From Felis catus (Eukaryota), in NCBI RefSeq assembly GCF_018350175.1, contig NC_058368.1, forward strand, positions 238,702,001 to 238,766,000: DNA of 64,000 bases, given 5' to 3'. Below, piece after piece: positions 47,761 to 61,678 of the stretch (the stretch's first letter is position 1; each line of letters opens with the position of its first letter). Below the pieces are notes generated by a model, which was not told the DNA's origin, did not search any database, and saw only the letters and a program-made list of their open reading frames with translations. The translations under genes were made by a program, and so were the position numbers.

Positions 47761-50700
47761 GATCTCAATGTCTGACTTTGTGCCCCTGTGGCCGCGGGGG
47801 GCAGATAGGCACAGCCAGACTCTCCAGAAAGCCCCGCAAGGTTATTGGTGTTGAGGTTCTCCACTGTAAGAAACGTGACTGGGACTCACTGGGCCCCAAA
47901 CAGGCTGGAGCCATGGCGGCGGGGGTGGGGGGGGTGGGGGGCTGACCTGAGGTGGCCAGGGGCCCGGACACTCACCCACCGGGACATTTGGGGCCTTTTC
48001 TGCCAGATGCCTCTGGACGTTGTCTGTGGGTGCAGCTCCCAGCAGCCCCACCCACGCCCAGCAGCTCTTGCTGGAGGCCTCCAGGAACCGGCCTGTGTGC
48101 AGGGCAGGAAGACAGGGCAGTGGGGTCGGCCAGCAGAAGACAGTCATCTGGACTGACTGGGACAACGGCCATGACCATCACAGAGTCCAAATTCCCCCAG
48201 GAGACAGGCATCGCCACGCCCCACCTGCCTCAGGTCTGGGGTGCACTTGCTGCTTGAGGCCAGGAAGGGGGTGCCAGGATGCTGGCTTGGAAATGTCGTA
48301 TCCACGTGTCCTCGGCCCCAGGCCTCTCCTCAGAGGACATCCGTCTCACTCCTTCTCGCTGGAATGGACCAGGGGTCTTCGGGGTCTCGGGGGACCCGTG
48401 GGCCCCAACACTTTGGCTTCCGGAGGCCCCTTCTTCCATAAAAATACGGAAATTACATCTTATAACGGGGCCAGCCCTGGTCCTGATGTCAGGCCTTCCT
48501 GGCCTCCCCGCCAAAGCGCTGGGTCCCGGCCAACACAGCAGGCCGGGCAGCTGTGTGCACGGCACCCTGTGAGGACGAGGCCCGCGGCTCTGACCCAGCC
48601 GCTGGGCCCCACAGGCCATCAGTCCCTTCAGGGGAAGCAGTTTCTAGCTGAGTTCTGCCCACCGTGTGTCTCGGCGGGGCCGGGAGCTGGGTGCTATCCC
48701 CGGCCCGCCCACCAGTCCTACAGGGTGCCCCAAGGTGGCAGCATGACTCCCGGCCAGGCTGAGGCTCCTGGGAGAGGCCACCTGCCCGGCTGGCCCTGGC
48801 TCCCCCGCCGGCGAGAGGGCACAGACGGGGGGACGGACAGGCCCTTTATCTGCTCCGAATGGTTAACCGTTGCTGTAGTTGCTCAAGGTGAGGGAGATGG
48901 CGCCCTGACGCCCGGCACGTGCACAGAGCGAGGGACGCGTAGACGGTGTCCCGACGCCCGGCCCCTCTGCGCTCCCAGCTCACAGGGTGACCCCGAGACG
49001 CAGTGGCCCCAACACCCTGGTGCTTGCCAGACTTCCTGTCTCTGGCCGCCCTTCCTGGTGAGGCAGAGCCTACCTGGGATCCTTCTAGAATGTGGACCAC
49101 CATCCCCAGGGCCCCGCACAGCTGCTGACCTGAACTTTCTTGAAGACTCAGACCTGGAGCCCATCGTGACCCTCTGCAGCTGAATGTGGCCTCCTCCCCT
49201 CTGTCGTTCCTGTCGGCGGGCGTGAGCTCAGTGGCGGCCCAGGACCCTGCACTCCCGCACCCGGCGGCCTTGCCTTGTCGCCGGCCTGATTCGCGGGCAT
49301 CATGTCTGCACCGGTGCTGCTTCCGCAACAGGACCGCCGTGAGCTTGCCGTCTGCTTTCCCCGCGAGCCTCTGGGCGGGAGATGCTTGCAGGCCCCCCTC
49401 CCGTGATACCGACTGCCGTGTCCTCTCCGAGGCCCGTTTGTGGGTTAGCCCTCCTCCCACTGTGTCTGCAGGGCGGACACTCACAGGGGCCTTCGGGGAG
49501 GTCTCCTCTCCTGAGATGGGCTCTGAGTGTCCTCATCCCCAGAGACGCCCGGCTCAAGGGGGGGCACTTGTCACATCCCACCCACCAGCGCCCGGGAGGA
49601 AAGGACAACAGAGCGCCCGGACATACAGAGGCCACCACCGGCCCAGGCTCACCGCTGCCCCCACCTCGCCCAGCCTGGCCCCGGCCGGCCCCACATCGTG
49701 CGGGCCCCACGGTGGCTTTGGGAGCGGGAGGCTGAGCCCACACTTCCCTCTGGGTCTTGGAGCCGCCAGGCGAGTCTCACCTCTTGATGAAACCCGGTCT
49801 CATCACTTTCAACGGGAAGGGCTGTGTTTTTGTTCTTACCCTGCGGGTTTCCAAGTGCTTCTCACGCCGGTGCTCCGGGGCCCCGAGGCGGGCAGGGCAG
49901 GGTGGCTGGACGGTCGGCGCTCCAGGACCCTGAGGCGGGCAGGGCGGCTGGACGGTCCGCTCCACGGTGCCAGTTTCCCCGGCGCGGCCTCGGGACAGGG
50001 TGGGGCCCCTTTGTGCGAACAGGGCACCGCACCTTCGCCTCCCAGCGAATTGTGCCCCGCTGTGCCTCCCCTTGACCCTCCCGCCTGCGCCAGGGAGCCA
50101 AGTCCTGGGCCCGGGCGCTGGCGGGCTGAGGTCCCCTGGGCCGCCTTGGCACTCACGGAGCCTTTGGAAGCAAAGTTCAAATGTCCCACTGGAGCAGGCC
50201 GCCTGGAGCGGTGGGCGTGTCCTGCCTCTGGCTGTCAGGACTGCTGCGGCCACCGTCATTCCGTCATCAGCCACCACCCTCGCTGAGGGGATGCGAGATG
50301 AGGGTCCACAGCGGGATGGGGCGTCCACCCGAGGACCGTAACCACACACTGGAAACGTTGCACAGAAAAGCAGATGTGGGACGGGGCGGGGACCCTCCCT
50401 CAGGTGGGCCGGCCTTGCTCTGTGTGTGCAGACCCTGACTCGTGCCCCGGTGTCCGGACCCCTGGGTCGACGTGGGACGCCTCTCATGTCTCTGCCTGTT
50501 GACAAAAACGAGAGACAAGGTGGGGAAACACATAGCCACCCGAGCCTTTGGGGTGCGCGGCCGGGAGCTGCCCTCCGTTGTCTCCCCCCTGTGAGCTGCA
50601 TCTCTGCTCTCACTTACCGCCTGGCCGCCAGAAGTTTCCGGAAGGCATGGCAAGTTGCTTTAACAGTGCAGCACACATGGGTCTCTTTGGATGAAGTGTC

Positions 50701-51526
50701 TCTTTGCTCAAAGTTTCAGTGTAAACAACCTGCTCACTTAAGTGGGGCCCACTCCCCCTCAGGACGTGCTCGGTCCATGCAGTACAAGAACAGGCTCCCG
50801 AGGCAGCAAGTAAGACCCGGATCCACACACGCGCCCACGGGGCTTGCTAAGAGAGCAGTCTGCTCAGGATGGACAGTGCGCACCGGGGAGACGCCGGCTC
50901 GGACAGAGCCCCACGAGCCAGGGTCCTTCTCAGCAGACGTCAGCCTGGACGCCTCAGTCACACGCACGAGGACTGTGGCAGAGTCTGAGCGCTGTCCCTT
51001 CCGTGGGGTGTGTTCCGTGGTTCCTAAGTGGGTTGCTCCGTTGTTGAGGGCATAAAACAACCTCGGAAGGGCCCGCGAACCCCCGGTCCCGAGCTCTCTG
51101 GCGCCCCCTGCCCCTTGACGAGTGATGGTGTGGTCCAGAGGGGTGTGTCTGTGGGACGGTGACCTAGGACTGCGGACAGGCCCCTGTTCTCCCCGCAGAC
51201 CACTATGCTCCGCATTTGGGTTCGTTCCTGGGCACGGGCAGGGCTCCACGCAGCCAGCGCGACACGAGTCTCGTGTTTCAAACGTGCTCCCCTCTCTGTT
51301 TGGTGCTCCCAGGTGCAAGGGAGCTTGTTGTGAATTACAGACGCACTGTGACAGCCTTTCTGGTGCGTCCCGTTAAAGCCATCAAAGGGAAGCGGGCTGG
51401 AGACACCCACAGCTGGGTCCTGGCTGTGTGGAGGGGTAACTACATTTCTGCCAACCCTCACCCACTCCGGCCATTTGGAAGGTGAGTCACACGCACGGGG
51501 ACTCTTGACTTAATAACTGTGCTTCT

Positions 51527-51715
51527 GGGGGCGTCCGGTCACGATTGGACTCAGGTCACGATCTTGGGGTTGGTGAATTCCAGCCCCAACTGGGACTCTG
51601 GGCTGACAGCTCAGAGCCGGAAGACAGCTTCAGATGCTGTGTCTCCCCCTCTCTCTGTCCCTCCCCTGCCCACATGCTCTCTCTCTCAAAAATAAATAAA
51701 CATTTTTTTTTAAAA
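51527..51715 (+). mobile_element. Diverged carnivore SINE with damaged 5' head
   Basis: Body and aaaaataaataaacatt tail recognisable; A-box region partly missing. Confidence 0.85.
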
Positions 51716-52128
51716 GAAAACTCCAGATCTGAGGGCTTTAAAAGAGTCAATGCCAACTGATTCTTTCCCCAAACACACGGAAACAGAACCAAGACTATGG
51801 GGAGCCTAAGTCAAGGAGACGGGACTTACTACCTGCTCCCCCTGAGCAAGGACAGAGACCCACCCCTCACCCCTGGTCTGGCAGTGGTCGGGGAAGGAAC
51901 GGGGAGCGGAGGACAGAGTCTCCCTGAAGCCTTCCCAGCCTCCAGGAGGGAGAGAGGCCTCCAGCCTTTCATCCCACAGGTTCTCACAAAGAAGCTGGGC
52001 AATTACATCTGACTCAGCCTCGGAGGGACGCTGGCTTCCAGACCCCCGTCCTGTCCCCCTGCAGGAGCCCAGAGGCGAAATGCTGCCACACAGCACTGGG
52101 GCTGGAGGAGGGAATGCTGGTGGCACTG

Positions 52129-52589
52129 TCCTCTCCCCTCCTCCCTCCCCTCCTCCCTTCTCACCCTCCCATCCTCCTCCCCTCCTCTCCCCCTCCTCTT
52201 CTTCCTCCCTCCTCTCCCCCTCCTCCCCTTCCTCCCTCCTCCTCCCCTCCTCTCACCCCTTCCTCCCTCCTCAGCTCTCCTCTCCTCCCTCCTCCCCCTT
52301 TCCCTCCTCCCCCTTTCCCTCCTCCCTCCCCTCCTCCCTCCCCTCCTCCCTCCCCTCCTCCCTTCTCACCCTCCTCTCCCCCTTCCTCCCCTTCCTCACT
52401 CCTCACCCCTCCCCTCCTCCCTCCCCTCCTCCCTCCCCCCCACCCTCCTTCCCCTCCCTTCCTCCCTTCTTTCCCTCCCCTCCCCCTTCCTCACCCCTCC
52501 CCTCTTTCCCCTCCCCTCCTCCCTTCCTGTTCTTCCTCCCTTCCTCTCCCCCTTCCTCCTCTCTCCCTTCCTCTCCTTCCTTCCTCTCT
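52129..52589. repeat. About 460-bp polypyrimidine/polypurine low-complexity tract (CCT/CCCT)
   Basis: Almost exclusively C/T on the + strand. Confidence 0.95.
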
Positions 52590-53582
52590 GTCCATCGGAG
52601 CGGCTGCCTTATAGTGTGGCTGTGGATGGCCCCGGAGTGTCCCCGAGCCCACCGGCCCTGCTGCAGCACCTGGAGGCCCAGCCGGACAGTCCTGAAACTC
52701 ACAGCGTCCTCAGGAGGCGAGAGGGACGGGCGTCCCGGGCCTCGGGCAGGAGCCAATCGGTAGCCCCCAGAGGGTCTGTGCCTGCAGGGTGGGTGAGCCT
52801 GTGCGTGATGGGCCAGCACGGCCCCGCGTGTGCCGACAGCCCCAGCAGGCAGGAGCCCCGCAGGCCCCGGGGCTGCCTCTGGAGAAAGACCTCCCGTGGG
52901 CCAGGCTAGGCCCTCTGCTCTGGCGGCAGAGCTGGCTTGCAGGGGACCTGCTCGCCCGAGGTAAGCACGTGCAGCCAGAGAGGGGAGACCAGGGCGGGCA
53001 GAGGCAGCCCCGAGCGCCTGCTCCCGAGAAGCCCCATCCAGGGGAGGTGTGGGCGGAAGGGTGCTTCACGGGTTTCCTGGGGACCGTCTCCGAGGGCGGG
53101 CCCGGGTCCACTTAAGACCCCCTCGGGGCACACGGCCCTCCAGGCTCCTGTTGGTTCCAGATTGAAACCCCCCAAGGCTGGTGGCGTTCTGACTTTTCTC
53201 TCCAGGAGGCTGTGGGGAGGTGTCAGCAGGACATGCCCTGTCATCCTTCTGGACAGGCTGTGGCAGGGTCCTGTCCCAGCAGGTGTCCGCGGAGTGCTCT
53301 CTCCAGGCGTCCTCACTGTGCTCCAGCCAGGACACCACCCGGTCCCCGGCCACTGAGTCTGTTTCCTGGTGCCCGAAGCCCACTCGACGGCCGCTGCCCT
53401 GCGTGTATCCGATAAGCTGCCTGGTGGGGCCTGCCCACACGGTGTCCTTCCAGGTCGCTGGGGAGGTGTCCAGGTCCTGAAGGGCCCCCACTGTGTCCCC
53501 CCGAAGGTCCAGGTGATTTCAGGGGCACAAAGGCAGAAGGATGCACAGGAGGGTCCTCCTTCACCCACGCCCCTAAACACGC

Positions 53583-53772
53583 TCATGCACACACACCCAT
53601 ATAAACAAGGACACGTGTGCACCTGTGTGTGCACACACACACACGTCCACAGGCACACACGTGTGTCCACAGGCACAATGCACACCTGTGTTCACAAACA
53701 CACAGGCTCATGTGTTCGGGGCACCCGTGCCCACGCGTGCATTCACAGACACACGCACACATGCATGCGCGT
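53583..53772. repeat. Degenerate CA-rich low-complexity tract
   Basis: Direct inspection. Confidence 0.7.
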
Positions 53773-55569
53773 GGGAAGAGGCACCCTCGGTGTCGCACAG
53801 GGCCTTGGCCCTCTGCACTCACACCCTCCCCCAGCTTCTGGGCCCAGGAACTTCTTCAGGACTTGTAAACAAGGGACATTGCGTTTCCTGCTGCTTCCGT
53901 GGACATTCCATGGAGGAGCCAGGCCTGTCCTAATGGAAGCCCCGTCCCTGGAGCTGGTCCTGGGCAGGGATAGGTGTTAGCTCGGTCGGCAGCTCCCTTC
54001 CCCACCCCTCCCTCCTGTCTCTCCTGTCTCCCCTGCCCCTCCTCCCTCTGCCCTGCCCTCCCTGCCTCCCTCTGTTCGCCCTCCCTTTCCTCCTCAATGA
54101 CAGAGGCTAGAGACCTTGTCACCGCCTCTACCTGGATGCTTCTCCTGGCAAAGATCATCCTCCGGCTGACCCCCCAAGGGGCCGTGGGGGAGCTCTGACC
54201 TTGTCCCCACTGCCAGTCGGCGCTCAGCCCGTGTGGGCTCCTGCTGGAGTCTCGCCCTGCGCCAGTCCAGCGGGCGGCTCACCTGCTCAGCTCACAGGGA
54301 AGGTGGCCCGTGACAGGCAGGGCCCCATGGCTGCTGCCTTCGGTTTCACTGGGGCCTTCCCAGCCTCGGCTGCCCAGAGGGGACTCTGAGTCCGTGGGTC
54401 TGGGCGGGTCCCGCACACCCCTCAGACGCCCCTGTGCCCAGCTGTGCTGGGCCCTCGTGATGGTGCAGTTGTGGCCTTTTCCAGCCAGAAGACGGATCAT
54501 GAGGACGAGGAGGGGCAGCCGCCAGCAGGAAGCCTGAGCTGCCTCCCTCGTGCCTGCCCGCACCAGAGGGCCTGTGCCCAACACCCGCCATGCTCACCAC
54601 CCCCCCCGCCCGTGCCCACCCCCGTGCCTCGCCCACACCTGTGGGGCTGGTGCCCAGGGGGGCGGCTGGTGCTGAGGAGACCCCAGGAGCCGGTCCAGCC
54701 TTGCCCTGCCCACGCAGGGGACCAGGGTATCACCGTGAGATGGGTCCCCGCTTTGCCTCGGAGCTCACAGGGTGAGCACAGCTCCCCGAGTGGGGACGTC
54801 CAGAGAGAGGGCCCCTCAGAAGCAGCTCTGGGGTCAAGTGTCCTGGCCGCTGGGTCACGCCATCTTTGGGCCGTGTCAGAGGCCCCAGGAACGGGAGACC
54901 TTGGCCCCCGTGCGGACGCAGCCGACCCAGCAGCCGCCTGCCTCACCAGGCTGAAGGCCCAGGAGCATGTGCGTGTCAGGCCCACCTGCCGAGGGGCAGC
55001 ACCCCTTTCCCTCGTCTGGCCCTCCTCCCTGCGCGACGCTGTCCGGGCGGGTACCACACCTGCCCCTGTGACCCGGCGCCTCGGTCTCCCTCCTTTCCAA
55101 GCACGGCTGAGCTCCAGAGATGACCATTTCCTGGGAACCTGAAGATCTCGGGGCTGAAGAAGGAGCCCACGTCGGTGGGGAAACCGAGGCAATTCCCGGC
55201 GTGAGCTGTGGGGGGCCTGGGGCGCATGTCCGCCTGTCGTGACAGTCCTCTCCCCTGTGGAGCCCGGGCAGGGCAGGAGGAGCAGAGGACCCCTCGGCGT
55301 CTGTGGCCAGGGTGGGCTCGTCCCAGTGGGTCTCGGAGGTGCAGGGGGCGTCCAGGGGCACCTCGGTACCTGGGCAACCACAGTGGTGCCATCTGACCCC
55401 CAGGCCGTGGGTGGGTGGGGCTCCACCAGCCTACAGCCGCAGCCTTCTCGGGGGCTCCCTGCTCAGAGCCCCAGGAGATCTCCCGTCCCTCGAGGAGTCA
55501 ATGCTGAAAGTCCACCCTGGCCTCGGGGCCCTGCGTGGCCTTCTCCACCCACCCCTCCGACCGGACCCT

Positions 55570-55905
55570 GACCGTGCTGCCCCGTTTCCTCCGCCTCAGC
55601 AGCGCCAGCCTCATGGCCACGCAGCAGGTGTCCCAAGCTTGGTCCTGCCTCAGGGCCTTTGCATATGCGGCACCTGTGCCTGAAGCACTCCTTCTGCACA
55701 CCTCGCTCCTACCACCTGCTCCGGGCACCGGTCGCTGGGAGGCCCCCTCTCCTCATGCACCTGCCTACTGCCCCGTCCACACCGTCTGGCCACTGTCGGT
55801 TCCATCGAGCCTGGGAATTTGAGCGCTTGGGCTGCTGCCCAGCCCAGGGCAGGTGCTCAGTACTTACCTGTTGGATGAATGAATGAATGAATGATGAGTG
55901 AATGA
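55570..55905 (+). mobile_element. L2 3'-end fragment
   Basis: ctcagggcctttgcatatgc, caggtgctcagtacttacctgttggatgaatgaatgaatg tail. Confidence 0.75.
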
Positions 55906-56054
55906 AAAGAGCAAGGGACCCTTCCAGAGCGAATGGTCTGAACTTGTAGCCTCGGATGAAACTTAGGGAATTAGTCCTCCCTGCAGCATTGACAGAGTCC
56001 CAGACAGGACACCATGTCCCTGCCCGTCGGGGCAGCCACCCCCCGGCACCGTGA

Positions 56055-56260
56055 ACAGACACTCGTCCCTCTGGGTCTGGAAACTGCGGGTTCCAAAGGG
56101 CCCCTTCTGGGTGTCCTCACGGGCAGACAAGCCCCCTGCCGACCCTCACCTCGTGACCTCCTGTAGCTTAATCAGCAGAGGCCCCGCCTCCAAGTGCCAC
56201 CACACTGTGGGGGGCCTTCCGTGTGGGAACCCGGGGACACAGCCTTTAGTCCATAACACG
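56055..56260 (-). mobile_element. MLT1 LTR fragment
   Basis: gtgtcctcacgggcaga, ggggacacagcctttagtccataaca motifs. Confidence 0.5.
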
Positions 56261-56927
56261 CTCCTAATGAGGAGCGTTTTAGATGCCGGGGGTGCTTTGG
56301 TCTCAGGGGACCCTCCGAGGACCCTTCCACGTCAGCTTAGGAGAGAAGGTTGTACCCTTCATGCATGGACGCCCCACGTAGTTTCCCGGTGGAAACGTGG
56401 ATGCATCAGATTTACCTCAGTGAAGGGGGGCACCCGTCCCTGGTCGGTGCGGTTGGGCTCGGCCGACTGAGGACACCACTGCCTTCCCTTGTGCCCTCTT
56501 TTCCCGTTGGGGCCATGGACTGGGGTCCCCAGGAGCGCGTGGCTCCGAGCACCACGCCTGTCATCCGGACACCAGGGGGCCCTGCGGGGCCCGTGCGCGA
56601 CTCGCGGGAACGTTCCCACGGACACCCTCGCGTGTGCACGTGTGTGGGTGTGTGCGTGTGAGCGCGGGCCCTGCTTGCAAACAGGCGAAATCGCCGGAAA
56701 CCGTCTAAACGTCCAGCCAAGGGAACTCGCGCGTAATCACATCCGCCGGGACTCACCCTCACACGCGCTGGCTGAACGCGGTTCTGTGTGGTTCCAAGTA
56801 CGCAGAAACAGTCGCGGCCACGTGTGCGCGGGGACCGTCTGGGAAGACGCCTGTTAGCGGAAGTGCCCTTCGGTACGAGGGGGATGGCGGGCTGTCCCTG
56901 TTTCAATTCTGAGCTTTAAGTTCTTAC

Positions 56928-57165
56928 TTATTTATTTATTTATTTATTTATTTTTTTATTTTTTTTTAACGTTTGTTTATTTTTGAGACAGAGAGAGACA
57001 GAGCATGAACGGGGGAGGGGCAGAGAGAGAGGGAGACACAGAATCTGAAACAGGCTCCAGGCTCCGAGCCGTCAGCCCAGAGCCCGACGCGGGGCTCGAA
57101 TTCACGGACAGTGAGATCGTGACCTGAAGTCGGACGCTTGACCGACTGAGCCACCCAGGCGCCCC
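56928..57165 (-). mobile_element. Young feline SINE
   Basis: Perfect TSD tttaagttcttac at 56915-56927 and 57166-57178; (TAAA)n tail. Confidence 0.97.
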
Positions 57166-58404
57166 TTTAAGTTCTTACGATAAACACACGGTCTTCTAAA
57201 GATGGGCAAGTTGAGCCAAATGCCAGCTTAAGGAGCGCAGGAGGCAGGCGGAGCGCGCTTACACGGCCGCGGCGTTCCGGGCAGCGCCTGGGGCTGACCG
57301 GGGTCCTCAAGCAGGCCCCACCCAGGGGACCGGTCAACTGGTTAGCTGGTCCCGAAGCAGCTTCCTTTGGTTCTAAGGTAACTGACCAGCTCCAGGCAGG
57401 CGTCTGCACCGGGAGGCGGAGGAAACGGATTCGAGAGACAGAAGGCACCCCGGGGCTTCGGGTCGGCTGTCCCTTCAGGCCCGGTCCCGGGTGCCGGGCG
57501 GGGTTGCTTCGTCACGCGCTTTGCTGTCGGGGGGAGATGAGCCCACGTGCATGCGCCAAGAACGGGGTCACGGCGTCCCAGCACAGAGGCCTGTGTCTTC
57601 CGCACCGGACGTGCGGCCGCAGCTCGGCCACGCAAGAGGCCAGCGGCAGGGCGGCCGCGGCTGGTTCCCTGACCAGCGGGACCAGCCGGCAGTGGACCGG
57701 GTGGCGGCGGGGGGGGGGCCTCCGCTGAGAGCAGGCCGTTGGCTTTTTGAGGTGGCTCTTACAGATCAGCTGGCACAGGGACAGGTCACTTTTACGGGAA
57801 AGCCGTGCTGCGAAGCCTGTCTTCTTTCCTTCCGGGGGACAAGAGGAGACCAGGGACCCCTCCGGCCCTGAGAACGCGGCCTCACGCTCCAGAGAAGCTG
57901 AGGGAGAAGCACGGTCCTTTTCTCCCTCTTACCCTCACCTTCCCTCAGGTCTGACGAGCTTAAGGACAGAGGGTGAATGGGGAAGGGACACGGGGAGCCC
58001 CACCCAGAGGGCCAGCCCCCCGGCCCCCACGAGCTGAGCCCTACCCGCTCCACCCCTCCTCCCTTGCTCTGGTCGCTGGCCCGCACCAGGCTCCTGTGCC
58101 CTCTGTCTGAAGAGCCTGCCTCTCAGGCGTGTCCCCGCGCCCCCGCTGGGCTGTGTTGTCCCCAACCTCAGCCTGTGAACCGGCTGTCGTCCCCTCTGCC
58201 TGCACGACGTAACACGGCCCCTCGCCCACGGCCTCTGGGCGTGTGCCCACCTACCTTTTCAGAGCTTCCCCCTTCCCGTGGGGGAAATGTTGGGGGTCTG
58301 TGTCCGGCCCCTCCCTCAGGCTCCGGGGACCCGGAGGAGCAGCCAGACCTGGGGGCTCTAGAGGCAGTTGCCCAGGGTGGGGGGGGCTCAGCACTTAACC
58401 CGCA

Positions 58405-58580
58405 CTTGTGCACACATGCTCACACACACATGCACACAGCACAATGCCCCCATACGTGTGCACGCAGAATGCACCCACATATGTGCACACGCATACACAC
58501 ACATGCACTCGAATATGTGCACACACAGCACAGTGCACTCACACGTGCGCACCCACTAACCCATACGCGCACACACCCAT
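58405..58580. repeat. Degenerate CA-rich low-complexity tract
   Basis: Direct inspection. Confidence 0.75.
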
Positions 58581-60039
58581 GCCGGCACGGTCACGTGGCC
58601 AGCAGGCCGAGCTGAGGAGGGACAGGAGGCGGGGCAGGCAGCTTTCCTACAGCGGCGACAACGGTCCCTCGCCCGTGGCCACAGCAAAGCACCCGGGACC
58701 CCAGAGCCGACGTGTGTGCGAGATCTGGGGCCACACAAGGACAGTTGTGAACGGGCTGATGGAGGTGGAGACCCCGGACGCCTGGGGAACGTGCTGCCTC
58801 GGGGCCAGAGTCCCGGCCACATTCCCTGCCCCCCCTCTCTGGGCCCGCTGTGCGGGAGGAAAAGTCCCGCTGGGAACTGTTGGCTTTTGTAGCCTGGGGC
58901 TGAGCTTCTTGTGGCCGCCTGGAGGCCACGTGTCCACGGGGAGTGGCCCCGGGGCTAGAGGTTCTGGGGGCTGCCGGGGCCGCTCTGTGCCTTCCCAGCA
59001 CCGTGGGCCCGCCCGCAGCCAGGCTTGTGCCCGCCCCGTCCGAGGACCTGCTTGGGCGGCTTATCTCCAACTGTCCCCCCCCGCCCTGACTGCCTCCAAG
59101 GACCCCTGTGGTGACCCCGGGCCACCCTGAGAGTCCACCTCAGGGCCACGTGGCCTAATGTGGCCGCTCACACGTCCGGGGACCAGGACACAGAGTCTCT
59201 CGGGGCTGCATCAGGCTGGGCTCTGTATCAGGCGGGGGCACAGCTGAAGGTGGGCCGCGTGTAGGGACGTTGGACATCCCCCTCCCCAGGGACCAAGGGG
59301 TCCCCAGAGGAGTTTCAGGAAACATCGGTTCTTTCTTCAGCTGGATTCATCCCCAGGCAGGGCCGGTGGCCTGGGGAGGGGCCTGGAGGAGAGCCGGAGC
59401 TAGGACTAGGACAGACGGTGTCTGTAGACCCCATGCCTGGCCCCGTGGGACGAGCCGTGTTCAGGCTGCAGCGACCCTTCCTGCGTGGGGAAGGCCCCTG
59501 CGAGACCGTTGGGTAAGGCTCTGGGGCATCGGGGGGCGGGTGCCATGGGGGGCCTGGGACCCGGGCCGGCGGTCAGTGTGAATGACCGTGTCCCTGGGAA
59601 AGTTCTCACTCTGTGCTTTATTTCTAAGTTACTCTTAACCCAAGGGACCCAACCAGCCGGGGCTTTGGCGACACCAGACCACCCCACCTTCCTCCAGGGC
59701 GCCAATCTCTCCCAGACACACCTCCTGTTTGGTGCTCGGGGAAGGAGCAGCTCACACTGTGGGTCTGCTCCCCCTGAGACGGGACTGTGATCACACAGCA
59801 CCACGGGCGTACCCCCCCCCCACCCCATCAGGGCATCGGGACGGCGGCAGGCAGACGCGGGGTGCTGGCCTCTGACCCCGCCGTGTGTGCGGCTGGTCTG
59901 AGGGGCAGGCCTGGGTCCAGGGGGGCAGGTCTCACCCTCTAGGGCCTGTTCTCGGCCCTGGGCTCGCCCTCCCCCACACCTGCCACCGGGGCCTGCAGCC
60001 CACTCGGGGGGTCTAGTCCGTGTCCCTGGTTGTTTGGAT

Positions 60040-60355
60040 GCAGAGGCCCTGCTTGCGCCCTTGCTGGTCCCTGGCTTTCGAGCCCCTGTCGCGCCCCAGG
60101 GGGGTTCTTCACCTGTGGTGAAGCACCGCCCTCCCTTTCTTTTCCGACTGGTGCTTTCTCGGCCCGCCCGCAGAACCCAGGCCTGGTCCTCAGGGGACTT
60201 TCCAGCCCCTTTCAGACCCTCACTGATTTCATCCCCATGAGGTCTGTGCTCCATTGTGGTGGTGTTTTTCGACGTGAAGTATGGGTCGAGGTTCGTCTTT
60301 CCCTCCCACGCAGACATCCGACTGACCCGGCTCCACTTAGCGAAAAGACTCGAGG
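60040..60355 (-). mobile_element. Highly diverged L1 ORF2-region relic
   Basis: aggtctgtgctccatt...ttttcgacgtgaagtatgggtcgaggttcgtcttt...gaaaagact resembles antisense L1. Confidence 0.55.
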
Positions 60356-61463
60356 GCGCTTGCGGTCCCGGGCCCGTGCCGCTGAGGGGCCGCCGCGCAG
60401 GCCCGCCCCTCGCTGGTGTGGGGCCCCGGCCACCGGGCGAGCTCCAGAACCGGGAGAGGGCCAGCGTGAGGGCTCAGCAGAGGAGCCCCGGGCGGGGCGG
60501 ACGTTGCCCCCCCCCCGCCCGCCACAGCCACAGAGGGGGGCTCCCCGCCCGCAGCCCCCGGGCACCAGGCCCCACAGAGGGCCCTTTATGAGCCACCGGG
60601 ATGTGCAAAGTGCTCTCGGAGAGAAGAATGCATTGTTTTCCAGGAGAGCGTTTAATGAGACTCGCCAGCCAAGGGAATAAATAAGGCACAATCGAATCTT
60701 TATTTTAGAGCCTTCCCGACGCCCCCGTCTTTACAGACTGCGCTCTGGCACAGTTTTCCTGCCCGGGTCTCCATTAGCTTCACGGCTCTTCAGTGAGCCC
60801 CTGGCGTGTCCCTCTGACTGTACTGTTTATTAACTATCGATTGCAGTCGCAAGAAACGGTTTCTACTGAAGTCGAGAGGAAAGGAAAACAAGTAAACTAG
60901 AACGTTTTTGACTTGCTCTTGTTTCAAAAAGCGGGGCGAGGAGTTTCTGCCGTGCCAACAGGCAGTACCACGGAAACAAAGCCCACGTTTGATGTTGGGG
61001 CCGTGGCGTCGAGGTTTCCTCGCTGATGGCCGGCGAGGGGGTGGAGGGTGGTCTGAGAGTGGCTCTCGGCATACTTGGCATAGGTGAGAAAGCCTTGGTG
61101 GCCCATGGGTACATGCGTGAGAGCAGGAATCGAAAGCAAAGGTGGAAAGGGAATCTGGCCCCAGGAGCGGCCACAGGACTCTTCAGGGAGCCGTCCACTG
61201 CGGGTCCCGGTGGGCGGTCCCGATGTGGCGCGTGGGGCCAACCCAATCTGTGCCAGGAGGGTTGACAGCCGAGCCGGGCTTGCTGGCAGCCTGAGACTGG
61301 TCGTGTGTGATGGGGTTGGGGGGGGGGGGCCTGGTGGAGCACCTGCTCCCGTGGGTGCTCCCCCGACAGCCACGCTCAGTCCCTGCGATTCTCCCCAAAC
61401 ACGCCTGGACCTCTGGGAGGAGACAGGTGTTTCCTGAGGGTGCAGATGTGGTTCCTCATTCTT

Positions 61464-61678
61464 TTTTTTTTTTTTCAACGTTTATTTATTTTTGGGACAG
61501 AGAGAGACAGAGCATGAACGGGGGAGGGGCAGAGAGAGAGGGAGACACAGAATCGGAAACAGGCTCCAGGCTCTGAGCCATCAGCCCAGAGCCCGACGCG
61601 GGGCTCGAACTCACAGACCACGAGATCGTGACGTGGCTGAAGTCGGACGCTTAACCGACTGCGCCACCCAGGCGCCCC
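61464..61678 (-). mobile_element. Very young feline SINE
   Basis: Perfect 14-bp TSD ggttcctcattctt at 61450 and 61679; uninterrupted A tail; CpGs intact. Confidence 0.97.

Noticed and set aside
48020..50286. Two adjacent ORFs of 387 and 366 aa
   Set aside because: Pro/Gly/Arg/Ala composition expected from stop-poor GC-rich DNA; overlaps probable LTR relic; no family motifs.
52080..52763. Pro/Ser-rich ORFs
   Set aside because: Translation of the polypyrimidine tract.
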